This document shows positions 37,998 to 51,754 of a stretch of 64,000 bases of DNA, piece by piece. The stretch is from Squalus acanthias (Eukaryota). Each line of letters starts with the position of its first letter. Position 1 is the first letter of the stretch. The translations under genes and the position numbers were made by a program. The notes below the pieces were generated by a model. It searched no databases and was not told the origin of the DNA. It worked only from the letters and a program-made list of their open reading frames with translations. The stretch is from positions 98,334,001-98,398,000 of the forward strand of contig CM059432.1 of NCBI GenBank assembly GCA_030390025.1. The letters run 5' to 3'.

Positions 37998-40900
37998 CCC
38001 TCCTCCTCCCCTCCTCCCTCCCCCGCTCATCCTCCTCCTCCTCCTCTCCTCCTCCTCCTCCTCCTCTCTCCCCCCCTCCACCAAAACAGCTTTGGAGTAG
38101 CAACATTGCTATTTCTGTTCATTCTCACATACATTTTAATTGGGATGAAAGACCCTAGTGTCCAGCTTAATGTGTACCATTCTGTACACTTGCTAAAATC
38201 TCCCAGATACTGCTCTCATTTTTTATCAACTGTCATTAACAATGGGAAATTTGGACAACTGTATTGACAAAATCATTTAATCCGCAAGCTTTTTCATAAC
38301 TGCTTTTGTATATAAGTGGAAAGAACCATTTTGTGAAGAGACCTTTAACCACCAACAAATATGCTGTTGTAAGGCAAAATGCCAGTAAGGTCCAGACTAA
38401 CTATGTGCTGTTCCCTTCAAATATAAGCTTTACAGCTTTTAAATTGGTGGATTTAATTTTTCTATCAGATGTCAAAAAGCTATGTGTACAGTGTGATATC
38501 TCTTTTCATACCACTCCTGGAGTAATGTCATTTTAATTGTCAAGGGATTTTATCAGTATTTGTTGCCAATTTGATTTAATGAAAGTAGTGAATAAAGTAT
38601 TCATTCAATTTTTGAGGTATAACCAATTTTCACTCCTCTGCCATCTGTCTGCTAGCTATCGCATACCTCTCTGTCCGCCTTGCCAGATGTTCCCGCTTCT
38701 GTGGTACTGATATCATCTGACCCGAACGGAGTTATTAAACAAATCATTTTAACTCTTCAACCTGTTCTTGACTATTTTGCAGTTTGTATGTGTTGCAGAT
38801 GGGAAAATAGTTTTCTTTCTCCACATTAGCGTCATTTACTGCAGGTTTTGTAGACAACAGAGGACACCGAATTAAATTCATGGCAACAATAATTGCATTG
38901 TTTCTCCCTTGATAAATTGGCATAAACAACACTAGGGCCCCAATTTCTCTATGCAAACAATATTTCATTTTAAAGTTGATTTATTATGGCTCCATTTAAG
39001 AGTAAGAAAAAATGCAATATTATTAATCCAGAAAAAAAAAATGACTTTTTAGTGAACAAATGATTTTTCCATTCTCCATTTAGGAGTGAAATATATGTGT
39101 AGCCTGTACTGCAACTAGGCATTCATGCTCATTGATATGGTGCCAACATTTCGCATTATTTGACATCTAGCTGCAGGAGGACATGTTATATTTCAATGTC
39201 TACTTTTAATGTTAACATTCAGCCAAGTCTACAGGTACTAGACATGTCTTCTGTTTGAATGTGCAATATAACAGGTAACAAATATTGATATTAAACCTTC
39301 AAATGGGAAAAAGATAGCAAATTATGAGGAAAGATCATTTACCGTAACTTTGCTGATCTGCCAATTGCCACTTTCAATTACAAGAATTTCAAACTCTTTT
39401 TATTGACCTCCAAACAGTTTAAGTAATACACTGCAGTGTTATTGATTTCCTTTCTGACAACGTGGCTCTTCTTTCCTCAATGGACAAAACAGCAATGAGG
39501 GGAATTGCTGTCAACCAACTCACATTCATCTCTTTACAGAGGAATTTGAAGGATGTGGGGTGACGTGTAGTGGGGAGTTAACAGATAGCAATATTTCAAT
39601 GATCTGTGGTGAAATTTACATTTTGCTTTTCTTGACTATATGCTATGAAAATCCAGATTCTCATTAAAAAACTCTAAACACAATTGCAGAATAAAAAGAA
39701 AGATTTTGTCATCCCAGAATTATTTCCCAAAACCAGACATACACTGGGCCGTGAGGAGATAGGTTCAATGAGTCTGCAGTCCTAGATATCATTCATGAAT
39801 TCAAATGAAAATCTAAATCCACGGCCACCAAAAAGATGTGTTTAGTCTTCACACTTTTTTTTAACATGGTTTCAATGATGAACCTATTTGTTGGTGTCCA
39901 TCATGACAAATTTTATGGTGGACTCACTCGGACATTTTCTGGTAGCTATCTCTAAAGGTATCTGCGTGGACATTCCATGACGTTCTCCCACCGTAACTTA
40001 GGCAGAAGATCGATGGAAACTCCACAGAAACAGTCCAAATGGCTCTTTATGCATTTCTGCAGGGTTTCTGCTGATCCTCTGCCGAAGTTACAGCGGGAGA
40101 TCAGGAAAAAGCTGCGGAATTCCTATCTCCGGTCCTAGTGATTGATAGTTTAATAAACTTAGCTGTGAGGATACAAGGAAGCAATGCAAATGCTGAATAT
40201 TTGAATAAGCTGGAAAATACACTGAGCCAAATTAGCATCTGAAAAAGGTTTCCAACAAAATGTTATTTTTTTTTCCTTTTTAGATCGTGATAGATCACTA
40301 TGTGTTTCCAGCATTTTCTCCTTTTATGACAATTACTTTCCCTATTGATAATGATATTATTTTATAATGTGTTGATTTAATAATCTTCTGCACTGTGCTA
40401 TTGCATCTTGTTTCTTGTTATAGCATTATATTTGCAACATGCCAGTGGGCCTGTGTTGCAAAATTACCCTGACCAGTTGAATGCCGCAACACTGTAAAAA
40501 AATATTAAATAAATAATAAAACTGACCTCCAGATTGTAAAAGTTCAAATTCCTATTACAGAGCACAGCAACAGCAAATCTACAGATTTCATTAAAACAAC
40601 GGCGCCAGATGGCTTGGAAGCCCATTTGAAGTGCAATCTGCATGTTATTACCCTATTCTTTAACATTCTTTTACAACATAATTGCTGATCTAGAGTTATT
40701 TCAGCATTAGACTGTTCTTCCCATTTTGATTTACTTTTCTAAACCTCTTCAGGTACATATAACATCCTCAGCTTGAGAGACAAGGAAGCAACCCAAAGCC
40801 AAGAGATGACATTCTAAAACTCGCCAGTAGGAAATGGGCACGATGTCATGGAGGGCGAATGGGGAGTTATTTCCATTTATATTATTTCTCTATCTGTTGA

Positions 40901-41224
40901 TATGTGCCTAGTTTCCATTTGGTGGCATCTCTTGATGGCAGTGCCAAGATCATTAATTCACCTTTGTTGGAAATTGTGTTCTGTTCATGAAGACATTAGC
41001 AACATCTCAGAACTATTATACAAAATTATTGCAATGCACTTGTGAAAATTTGTTGACTGAACCCAAAGAAGAATAAATCAAAATGCTGAAAAATCTGTAT
41101 ATGTTCAATTATAAAGTGTTAGCTTGGTTCAATTGGTAGCACTCACCTCTTAGGCAGAGGGTTGTTGGTTCAATCGTAAGACTTCAGTGCTGTGCTGAGG
41201 GAGAATTACATTGCGAGAGGTGCT

Positions 41225-44200
41225 GGGGGCTAAATTGAGCCGTGTAGCACAAGTATTTTAGGTGTTATGTGGTCACACAAGGATTGAAAATGGGGTCTGA
41301 GATGCAAGTGTAAAATTCCGATGGGAAGTGTGCAGGATGCCAACTTGGAAAAGGGGTTTACGTGTCCGCCGAAGAACCACCGGCAGCATACACTGATGCC
41401 CAGTTTGGGTTCCGGCAAGACCACTTGGCTCCCGACCTCATTACAGCCTTGCTCCAAACATGGACAAAGAATCTGAATTCCAGAGGTGAGGTGAGAGTGA
41501 CTGCCCTTGACATCAAGGCGGCATTTGACCGAGTGTGGCATCAAGGAGCCCTAGTAAAACTGAAGTCAATGGGAATCGGGGAAAACGCTCCACTGGCTGG
41601 AGTCATACCTAGCATAAAGGAGGATGGTTGTGGTGATTGAGGGTCAATCATCACAGCCCCAGGACATCGCTGCAGGAGTTCCTCAGGGCAGTGTCCTAGG
41701 CCCAACCATCTTCAGCTGCTTCATCAATGACCTTCCCTCCAACATAAGGTCAGAAATGGGGATGTTCGCTGATGACTGCACAGTGTTCAGTGCCATTCAC
41801 AACTCCTCAGATAATGAAGCAGTCCATGCTCACATGCAACAAGACCTGGATGATATTCAGGCTTGGGCTGATAAATGACAGGTAACATTTGCACCACAGA
41901 AGTGCCAGGCAATGACTATCTCCAACACGTGAGAGTCTAACCACCTCCCCAGCATTACCATCACTGAATCCCCCACAATCAACATCCTGAGGGTCACCAT
42001 TGACCAGAAACTTAACTGGACCAGACACACAAATACTGTGGCAACAAGAGCAGGTCAGAGGCGAGGTATTCTGCGGAGAGTGTCTGACCTCCTGACTCTC
42101 CAAAGCCTTTCTACCATCTACAAGGCACAAGTAAGGAGTGTGATGGAATATTCTCCACTTGCCTGGATGAGTGCAGCTCCAACAACACTCAAGAAGCTCG
42201 ACACCATCCAGGATAAAGCAACCCATTTGATTGGCACCCCATCCACCACCTTAAACATTCACTCCCTCCACCACCGGCGTACCGTGGCTGCAGTGTGTAC
42301 CATCTACAAGATGCACTGCAGCAACTCGCCAAGTCTTCTTCGGCTGCACCTCCCAAACCCGCGACCTCTTCCACCTAGAAGGACAAGGGCAGCAGGCGCA
42401 TGGGAACACCACCACCTCCAAGTTCCCCTCCAAGTCACATACCATCCTGACTTAGAAGTATATTGCCGATCCTTCATCGTCGCTGGGTGAAAATCTTGGA
42501 ACTCCCTACCTAACAGCGCTGTGGGGGTACCTTCACCACACGAACTGCAGCGGTTCAAGAAGGCGGCTCGCCACCACCTTCTCAAGGGCAATTAGGGATG
42601 GGCAATAAATGCTGGCCTTGCCAGTGATGCCCACATCCCATAAGCGAATAAAAAATAATACAGAGCAGCGAGCTGATGATACAAATCACTGTGCAACGCT
42701 GATTTGAGAGTAGTACTGCCATTTTCATGCTCCACACTCCAGCCTCCAGCCAATGCCCTCTCTTAACCTCAAGCAGTTGAACATGATGTTAAACAGAATG
42801 AAGGACCCTCCACCAGCGTTATTTCAAGGGATCATTAACTACTTACAGTTGATGGATTATTTATTCTGGCTGCAGGTGCAATTGTACATGTTTTTGGAGC
42901 TTTCCTATACTTGGCTAAAGTTTGAATAGTCTACAGTGAGTGGTCTGGCTGTTGTTCAATCAGTTTTTTTGGTCATTTAAAATCTTGTGCTGAAACAAGT
43001 TGCTTCCAGACATGGATGGCCTGGTAGGGCTTCCTCTGGGAATTGAACATGACTGGGAGAATGAAGAGAGGCCACGCAGAGCAGGACAAGCTGCTAGAGG
43101 AGGGGGAGAAGGGCTCTCAGCAGGAGGACATATTAGCTGAGGCTCTTCAGGGAGCAATTCTCTACCTCAACTTCAGCGAGGACCAATGCATGAGACGTCT
43201 GCGCTTCACAAAAGAATTCATGAATGAAATCTGCCAACTGCTACAGCCACATCTGCAACCTCAAAGCAGGGCAAAGACAGCATTGCCTGTGGCTGTCGGG
43301 TGACCATGGTTCTTAGCTTTTATGAGTCTGGCTTTTTCCAGGCTTCTGCTGGAGATATAAGCAACATCTCACAATTTGCAGTGCACTGCTGCATAAGGGA
43401 GGCCACTGCGTCACTGAGGCGCTCTATACACAGAGAAACACTTTCATCTCATTCCCTATTACCAGAGACAAGCAAGCAGAGTGAGCACGAGGTTTCTCAT
43501 GGATTGCAGGCTTCCCCATGGTGCAGAGTGCCATTGATTGCACGCACATTTCCTTGCATATGCTCGTGTTAATTCGGCCATTTTCATAAACTGAAAGGCA
43601 TTCTACTCCCTCAATGTGCAGCTGGTGTGCGTTCACAGGCAATGCCCGTTATCCTGGCAATAGTCACAATTCCTTCATTCAGTCCTCCGTGCTACCTGTA
43701 TTTGACCCACCATGGCAAGATAAAGGCTGGCTACTGGGCGAAAAGGGCTTTCCACTTATGACATGGCTCATGAATCGGTCCAGAACTCAACTCAAGAACA
43801 CATGTACAGCACACTTACAACGAGAGCCATGCTGACACTTATAGAGCACACCATCAGCATCCTCAAGCAACGTTTCCACTGTCTGGACTGATCTGGAGAA
43901 TCCCTGCAGTACTCAGCTGAGCGGGTATCAAGAACTGTAGTAGTATGCTGCATGCTGCACAACCTGGCCATTATGAGGGAACAGCTATTGTCACCACCTA
44001 TCAGGCAAGAAGCTGAGGAATGGGAGCACAAGGCTGAGGAGGAGGAGGAAGAGGAAATGGAGGAGGTGGAGTGCAACAGGAAATGGGGGAATAGGAAATG
44101 GAGGCTACAATGTCAACAGTGGCTGCAGCATAGGTGGTAGAAGGCCGCTGACCTTCATTTGAGGAGACTGCAAATGGCCTTGTAGGGTGACTTCGAGCAG

Positions 44201-45899
44201 CTCTGGGCCTAGAAGGCTGGGCTTCAGACTGCACCATCTCGGCATTGGCGGCAACAGTCTGGGCTGGCTGGCTGACAGGCAACATCAAGGGCACTGTCGG
44301 AGTGGCAGGGGTGGGAGCAGGAATGCCGTCATCCTGAGAGAGGACAGCATGTTCGTGTTCCATGGAGCTACCTCAGCAGTCCTACTGATCTGTTGGAGAA
44401 CAGATTGATGGACTGCTGTGATGCCGTGGAAACCCCTTTGAACAGCGGTATCCATGTTCACAATGGCAGTAGTCTGAGCTTCCACTGTAGCACTCAGACC
44501 TTTGATGGAAGCTGCAATGGAAGTGGTAATATTGGCCATCAGATGCTGCATATTGGTGGGTTCCACAGATGTGCTGATGGAGGTGACGCCCATTCCATGT
44601 TGGAAAGGATGGACTCCAATCTCTGTGCATGTTTTCTTCCTCTTCCTCCTCTGACTGGGAAGGTTCCAGTTCTTGGGTATCTGAAATGAAAAAAGGGACA
44701 AGTTGGGTTGTGGTGTGGGGAGAGGAGAAAGTAAGAAGTGCGTGCTTACATCATCTGCAGCTTGTGAGTCAGAAGAGATTGAGGGATGAGGTAGAAGTGA
44801 GATGAGAGAAGGAGGAATAGGTATGCAGATACCCTCATCATCGATCCCTCCAGCCCCACCTGTGGCCACGTCCACAGCAATGCCCCTTCCCATGAAGGCC
44901 AGCACTGTCTCCTTCATGGGGCTTAAAACATGCGGTTGGGTTGTCTTGCTCCAGTTCTTTCCTGCTTCCTCTTGTTTTACGCCACCTTCTCCTTCAAGAA
45001 ACAGGGCTTATAGGACCTTGAGGAGGTGACAGAACTGCTAAAGAAATTCAACATCAAACTGCAGCTAGTGGTTAATCTAGGCCTTGTCTACAAGATGCAG
45101 CAGCCAGTGGTGTCAATGAATGTTCTGCAATATGTTTAGCTGATGTAGCTGTCATGAATTAATAGCTACCAGTGTGTGAGCTGTGAGATGTGGGTGTGAG
45201 GCTTGCAACAGTGCTAAGTGTGTGAGAGTGAGGTAAAGCATATGAATTGAAGGGTTGAATACTGATTGATAGAGATTGTTGGTAGCTGGGTGATGGGGGT
45301 GTAGTGAATTGAGCAGTAGATGAGGCTGGTGGTGCAGTTGGTAGGATGTGCTATTTGAAGATCATGCACCTTGACAACCAATGTCAGATCATTAAACTTC
45401 TTCCCGCTCTGCATCCATGTTCTTTGCGCTACACTCCTGGCATTGATTTCAACCACTACTTCTTCCTACTGCCTTCTAAGCATATGGATCAAGGGCCTCC
45501 TGCACCCCACCCCACCCCCCTCCCCTCCACAGATACAGGATGTCTCTCCTTCTCTCCACGTCTTGATTAGACCTCCAATGCATTGACAGAAAGCCTTGGT
45601 GCACACTCTCTCGCATGTTCAGCCATTCCTCTAAGTATCACAGCGTAGATTCAGTTTTCAAAGGACTCCCAGCACTTCTTGCAGCCACAATACATTTCGC
45701 CTTTAAGAGGTGCAGGCTGCCTTTAAGTAGCGCTAGACATTCAGCCCCCTGCTGATGCTAGTAGCTAATGAACAGCACAAGTAGCGCTGACTGCATGCAG
45801 CAATCATTGCATACAGCAGACAACATAAATGTAACGTGCTGCCTGTATTACCGCAGTGACTAGGCGTGGGTTAATCGGGAATTATCCAATTTAACCCCC
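41225..45899. mobile_element. PIF/Harbinger transposon, decayed (transposase on +, Myb gene on -)
   Basis: TIRs GGGGGCTAAATTG and (rc) GGGGGTTAAATTG, TSD GCT. Transposase pieces YLNFSEDQCMRRLRFTKE, LPVAV, GWLLGEKGFPL and LHNLAIMR at 43043-44140; Myb RTWMQSGKKFNDLT at 45214-45456. Confidence 0.88.
41391..42657 (+). mobile_element. 5'-truncated CR1-superfamily LINE of a distinct lineage, nested in the Harbinger
   Basis: [35 protein letters not shown] and YKAQVRSVMEY; 3' end 'ggcaataaatgctggccttgccagtgatgcccacatccc...aataaaaaa'. Confidence 0.9.
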
Positions 45900-46351
45900 G
45901 CTATCTTTTGGTTGAGATGTTTGCCTATTGTGATGGTTCAGGTGGATGTAAAACATCACATGGCACTCTTTGAACAAAACCAGGGACTTCTCATGATGTT
46001 CTGACAACATTTCTCCCTTAACCAATGCTACTAAATACCATGAACTGCCCAATCATCTTCTATACTTTATGCAGATTTGCTATGTGCAAATTGACTGCTG
46101 AATTTATTGATCTAACAACAGTAATGCGGAGTTCAAAAATATTTCATTGGTTGTGAAACATTTTGGGGCAAAGTGAGTATGTGATATCATGCTTTGTAAA
46201 TACAAATTCTTTCTTCTCTGTTGTACAGAAGGTTAAAAGACAGAGTTGTGACATGTAAATTGTGCTGCTGAAGCAGTTTTAGAATAGTAAATAGGAGTCT
46301 TAATCTTGCAAACTGTTTTATATTCTGATGCTTATTAAGTCCTGCATAGTC

Positions 46352-46755
46352 TCTTTTTTGTATTCATTCACAGGATGTGGGCATTGCTGGCAAAGCCTGC
46401 ATTTATTGCCCATCCCTATATAGCATTGAGAAGGTGGTAGTGAGCTACCTTCTTGACAACCGAGCGGCTTGCTAGGCCATTTCAGAGGGCAGTTAAGAGT
46501 CAACCACATTGCTGTGGGTCTGGAGTCACATACAGGCTGGACCGGGTAAGGACGGCAGATTTCCTTCCCTAAAAGACATTAGTGAACCAGATAGGTTGTT
46601 ACAATAATCCAGTAGATAGACGGTCATGATTTATTTAATTAACTAAATTTAAATTCCCCAGCTGCCGTGGTGAAATTTGAATTTATGCCTATTGAGCATT
46701 AGTTGAGGCCTTTGGATTGCTAGTCCCGCAACATAAGCACTATGCTACCATTCCC
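46352..46755 (-). mobile_element. tRNA-derived SINE, MetaSINE-like core, tail shared with LINE 41391-42657
   Basis: rc head 'tggtagcatagtg...ttcaaatttcaccacggcag'; core 'ctggttcactaatgtcttttagggaaggaaatctgccgtccttacc...gtggttgactcttaactgccctctgaaatggcc'; ~100-nt LINE-like tail. Confidence 0.8.
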
Positions 46756-47372
46756 ATTTGCAGTGTCCATGGCATGGTTTATGGTTAAGGTTAATTTCCT
46801 TGCTGCTTTTCTGAAAATATTGTCAGTAGAGAATCAATGAATGAAGTGAAGAAAAATCTGTTCAGTTTATTCAGATGATTCCACTACTTTTTTTGGAAAA
46901 TATTAGCAGTATTTCAAAGATGTAGAGGAAGATACTTCCTCTGACTAATAGCAGTTTAGCCTGGCGATATAAATAATCTTCTGTTTAGCTTGAAACAGGT
47001 TGAATCATTGTTCTTTAGCTGCAACATCACTTTTTCCATAATTTTGAGATTGCTTGAATATGAGAAAAGTTTATTATCATCTAAATGTATAAAGCAGACT
47101 TTCAAGTATATATTCATTCAGTGCCCCACTTACTAAACATTATAAAGTCAACTGTTCCTGAAGCTAAAAACCATGGAATTAAAAAGATAAATCCTACATT
47201 AATCAGTGCTGTGTAGTGTCATGCAAAATTTCAATGCACATAAGAAGTGCATATAATTTGATCATCCATGTCTATATCTTGATAATTTTCAATGAAACAG
47301 AGATATGTGCAGCTCTTTTTTTCAAATCAATTAATTGAACTGCATTTGCTGGGAATGTATCTTACATATTAA

Positions 47373-48246
47373 GGGGGAAAAATCAGTATCCATTATCGGC
47401 CGTGCGCAAAGTTTAGCGCCTGACGCTAATTATCGCCTCCAACTGCAAACTTGACTTTTATCGCCCCTGGAGGTGATTGGAGCGCTAAATCAGGCGCTAC
47501 ACACCTGTCTTAAGGCGCAAAGGCCGAGGAGCGAGGCGCTACCTCAGAGCGCTGGCGAAGCTCATGTGATGTCAGTCAGCAATGGAACACAGACACACTG
47601 GCACTGGCCAGTTCTTAAAGGGGAGGGTCGATCTTGCTCTACATCCACACCCTGCTCATTGCAGCCTTGAATCTCGGCCTGCAGAGACCTGTGCATCAAA
47701 TCTGCTGGAAAGAACAATGGAGAGGCCCAGGGAAAGAGCTCAGACTGCAGCCCCCATATTCTCTTCTAAATCAATGCAAGGAAGATCAAACCAGAAAGAA
47801 CCTGCAAAGTGCTGCTCAGTACCCAAAACTCCTCAACGCAGCTTTGAATATCTCCTGCAGTCTCTCTCTCTCACTCAGAATGCGTGGTGCAAAAATTTTG
47901 CTGACAAAAAAAGGCAGGAAGCGGTCGCCTTTAAATAGCGCTCCCCCAGTCCCTTCCTGACTGCAAAACGCTCCCCTCAACTGTCGTTGCTAGCGGCAGG
48001 CGGTAAGATAGGGGGCGCCACTCAATATCCGGTCCGGGGCGCTACCGGGGCGTTGCACTCTCGACTGACGTCACGATCGGCCGGCGCAGGAGATCGTAGT
48101 GGTAGTGTTTAGCGCCACCGCAAAATGTCTAGTTAATTTCGTGAGCGGCGCAAAGATCACCACACACGGGCACTAGTTGCTTTGCGCCCCATTAGCGCCC
48201 TCTTAAGGCGCAAGCGGGAGGTGCAATCCAACTGAATTTTTCCCCC
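47373..48246. mobile_element. Harbinger-type MITE (family Y)
   Basis: TIRs GGGGGAAAAATCAG and (rc) GGGGGAAAAATTCAG, TSD TAA; colinear with 29797-30689. Confidence 0.9.
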
Positions 48247-50404
48247 TAAATCTTTGAGGGGAATAAAATCCCAATCTCAGCCTGATCTTGTTGATTATGT
48301 GGACTTTGTGATCACAGTGCAAGTTAAATAGCAATCTTACATATATATTGTCCAGGGTTGGCGTCAGTTAAAGTCCTGCATCATACTCCTCCATTTTTTT
48401 CCATTAAAAAGAAACTTTAAATCTGTAAAGTTCTGATCATATTATAGAATCCTAAATCCTGGAATCATCTTTTTCACTGTTCTGAACCATCCACGGGGCT
48501 CGTGATTTGCCACAATGTGACATAACAGGACAAAGCTTGTGATTTTTTACATTTACTGTGTGCAGCATAATTTGAGTACCATAGTTTGGCATAAAAAGCC
48601 ACAGAGGCAGTGAAAATGCAAGTTTCCGAGTAGTTCTGAAAGATAATAAATCACTTACTGCAACAAAATTCTTTACCCATCTCCAAGCATTAATGTCCTT
48701 TCGAAGGTAGATTAGTCAGAATTACACACACTGTTCTAAATATGTCACTATCAGTGAATTATACAAGGTTTAAACAAAAGCTTGTGTTGGCATTATGTGC
48801 CATCAAAATGCATCTTGCTATTAGATAGCCTTACTAATAATAATTTCACATTGATGGGAATCTTTCAGTGAACAGTCACCACATTGTTTTCAGTTTACCA
48901 TTGCCTTCTGTTTTCTACTGTCAAGTCAGTGTTCAATCCATCCATCTAACTGGCCATTAATTCAACACGTCTTCAAATTCTTTAAAAAAATTCCACAAGT
49001 GAAGGTTTTAATCTAATGCCTATTTAAACATCCAAATAAATTATATCAACCATACCATGCACTTGTCATCTAATTAAGGTGCTTTTACTTCACTAGAATG
49101 CCTTCAACTGAAGTCACCAGGGTCACAAGATAGCACGCACAAGTATAAGCAATCTTACCTCCCTGCAACCAATAGCAGCAGAGGCTCACTTTATGGGTCT
49201 TGCAATCTGCTGTCAGAACAATAACCTCCTCTTGCCGCCAGCCAAGTGCAATAAGCAGATTTTTAGTGTGTTAGTAAGCTTGCCTATTGAGGCAAAATAC
49301 TATTGGGCACAGATGCGCAGAATTAGCTCAGTGCTGATTCCCAGGACCTACCGAATCACGTATTGTGTTTTTTAAAATTTGTGCACATGATACAATCTGA
49401 GTAGTCCATGTTAGAAACAATGAAATCTTCCATTAATGCTTAAATACTACATTACAACTGCAACTACACTTTAAAAGTACTTTATTGGCTGTAAAATGCT
49501 TTGAAGTGTCTTGAGGTTGTGAAAGGCTCTGTATAAATGTATGTTCTTTCAGCAATTATGAAAATCACAGATATGTACAAATTGCAAATTCAGGCTAAAG
49601 AAAACAGCCTCCAACAGGTTTCCATGAGAAAGGGCAGTACATAATAAGGTAAACCGTTGACAGTGAGCATTGAGGTCAAAGGGTTTCCATTTGAGAATAG
49701 CTCCCTCAAGAACCCAACAAGTACCTGCTATTATTCAGTCCTCAGGTATAGCCACTGTGCTATAGAGCTCCTAAAAATATTTAGTAAGAGCCTCACCTAT
49801 TTCTTAGGATGTATTCTATCTGGTCCAGGTGTTGTGCAGCCATGTTGGGGGTGACATTTGGACTATTTGTAGTTAGTAGCTTATGGCCACACTCAGAGTA
49901 ACAATTTAGGAGTGAAAGCTATTTTTAACAGTATTAATATCAGTTCGTAAATTCTGATATAGGTTTGACATTGCAGCCAACTGTTTACAGTTGTATATCG
50001 ACAAAACTAACTGGGCCAATTATGGGAGTGTAGGAATATGCAATTAATTTAGTTACAGTAAAAATTCAAAATTGTTACTGAGCATACTCCGCCAATACCA
50101 TAATCTACCTCAGCAAAGACTGCAGTTGGTAATTTTTCAATATATGCCAGATGAAATGACTAAGCTTGTTATATTGATTTCTGTGGAAGTCTCATGGGGT
50201 AATAGTGATGAGTTTCACTTACATTGGTACCAAGTACAATGGAGACACTGACACCTCTTTCCATTGCATCATACTACTACACTCTTCTGAAAAAAACCAG
50301 ATTGGAAATGGATGAAATTGCAACATCTATGCAGAGACAATATTTTTTACTCTTGCATCAGCACAAATGAAGTCACCCTCTATGTTAAACTTATTATTAT
50401 TTTG

Positions 50405-50622
50405 CATCTGGAGCGCTGCGCACGTCGATGACGTCATCATCACTGGGCATGGCCGAGCGGGGCGGTACTTACAGGTGTTAACTCTTAGTGCCTCTGCAAA
50501 AACCCAGCCCAATTTAGTGCAGGGCGCTAATATTGCTGCACCTGGGCGAAAACCCATTTGCGCCCCGTTAGCGCCCCATGGAGGTGCTAATGGCAGGTGC
50601 AAAGCAGCCGAATTTCGCGCCC
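50405..50622. mobile_element. Right-end fragment of a Harbinger-type MITE
   Basis: (rc) GGGCGCGAAATTCGG terminus, GCGC-rich subterminal motifs and TGACGTCA; left end not found. Confidence 0.6.
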
Positions 50623-51058
50623 ACAATTTCTAAATTTGCGCACGACACCAAATTGTGGGGGATAGCCAATACTGAGGAGGATTGCACCAAATTAAAAGAA
50701 GACATCAATAAACTTGCAGAATGGGTATATAATTGGCAAATGAATGTCATCTAAGGTAAATGTGAGGTATTACATTTGATAAGAAAAATAAGGAGGTCAC
50801 ATATCAATTGGAAAATAAGAATCTAAGTGGGGTAGAGGTGCAAAGTGGAACTTACTACCACAGGGAGTAGTTGAGATGAGTAGTATATATGCATTTAAGG
50901 GGAAGCTAGATTAGCATATGAGGGAGAAGGGAATAGAGGATTATGCTGATAGAGTTAGATGAGGAAGGATGGGAGGCGGCTCGAGTGGAGCATAAACGCT
51001 GGCATGGACTGGTTGGGCCGAATGGCCTGTTTCTGTGCTGTATATTCTATGTAATGTA
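50623..51058 (+). mobile_element. Internally deleted CR1 fragment
   Basis: ISKFAHDTKL...GKCEVLHL joined to the 3' end 'gggccgaatggcctgtttctgtgctgtatattctatgta'. Confidence 0.8.
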
Positions 51059-51754
51059 AATATACAGTGGGACTGAAAATCCAAGTCCTTCTGGTGCACT
51101 CACACTGTAACTCTGGCAGGAGTCCACTGGAAGAGCTAGAAATGAGACCAGGACCCGGGTTCACCAGGTCCCAGCCTAATGTTGGGATATACATTGGGTC
51201 TTGTAAAGAGTGGAGCCACTCACGCAGAAGGGGCAGGGACTCACAACACAGTTCCTACATCACTGTCCGGGAAATGCCAGTTCAATGATCATTGACTGGT
51301 AAGGATAGAAGAATGAGGTGTACTGGCCTCAGGAATGACAGTTGTGGGTTTCACTTGGAGTCCAGGCCTGCGATATGGCCAAGACTCTCAAAAATTCAAA
51401 GGGGGGAATGGAGCAGCAACAGGGATGGTGATCAGGACACTCATGCTCCTCCTAGCTCCATAGCAACGTGTTTCTGGTTTGCGCTGCTTAGGCCATAGTG
51501 ACCGCTGCAGCTCCTGCTTCACTCAACGGAGACCAGGTTTCACAGAGAGGTCCTTAAACAGACATTAGTTCACTCATTAACATATGCAACGAGCCTAACG
51601 CCTGTTTTAGGCGGCCACGAGGGACACCTAAGAAATGGGCCTGACAAATTTTGCATCCAAACAGGTGCAATGCATACCAATTTTTACCTCATATAGTTGC
51701 TATAATTGTTTTCAATAAAACTAAGGCATGTTCTAAAGTGAAACTAAAGTCACT

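Larger units (their letters stand above)
41117..46215 (+). mobile_element. DeuSINE/SacSINE1-like SINE split by a Harbinger (pieces 41117-41224 and 45900-46215)
   Basis: tRNA-like head 'tagcttggttcaattggtagcactc...ggttcaatc'; body resumes after 45899 with 'caggtggatgtaaaacatcacatggcactctttgaa...tgtgcaaattgactgctg' and an L2-like tail. Confidence 0.65.

Noticed and set aside
37279..38158. Long ORFs (241-275 aa) spanning this region
   Set aside because: Artefacts of the 500-N gap and low-complexity C-rich flanks.
51069..51690. Possible further Harbinger MITE
   Set aside because: TIR-like ends are present but the flanking triplets (AGT vs ATA) do not match; excluded from the target-site tally.
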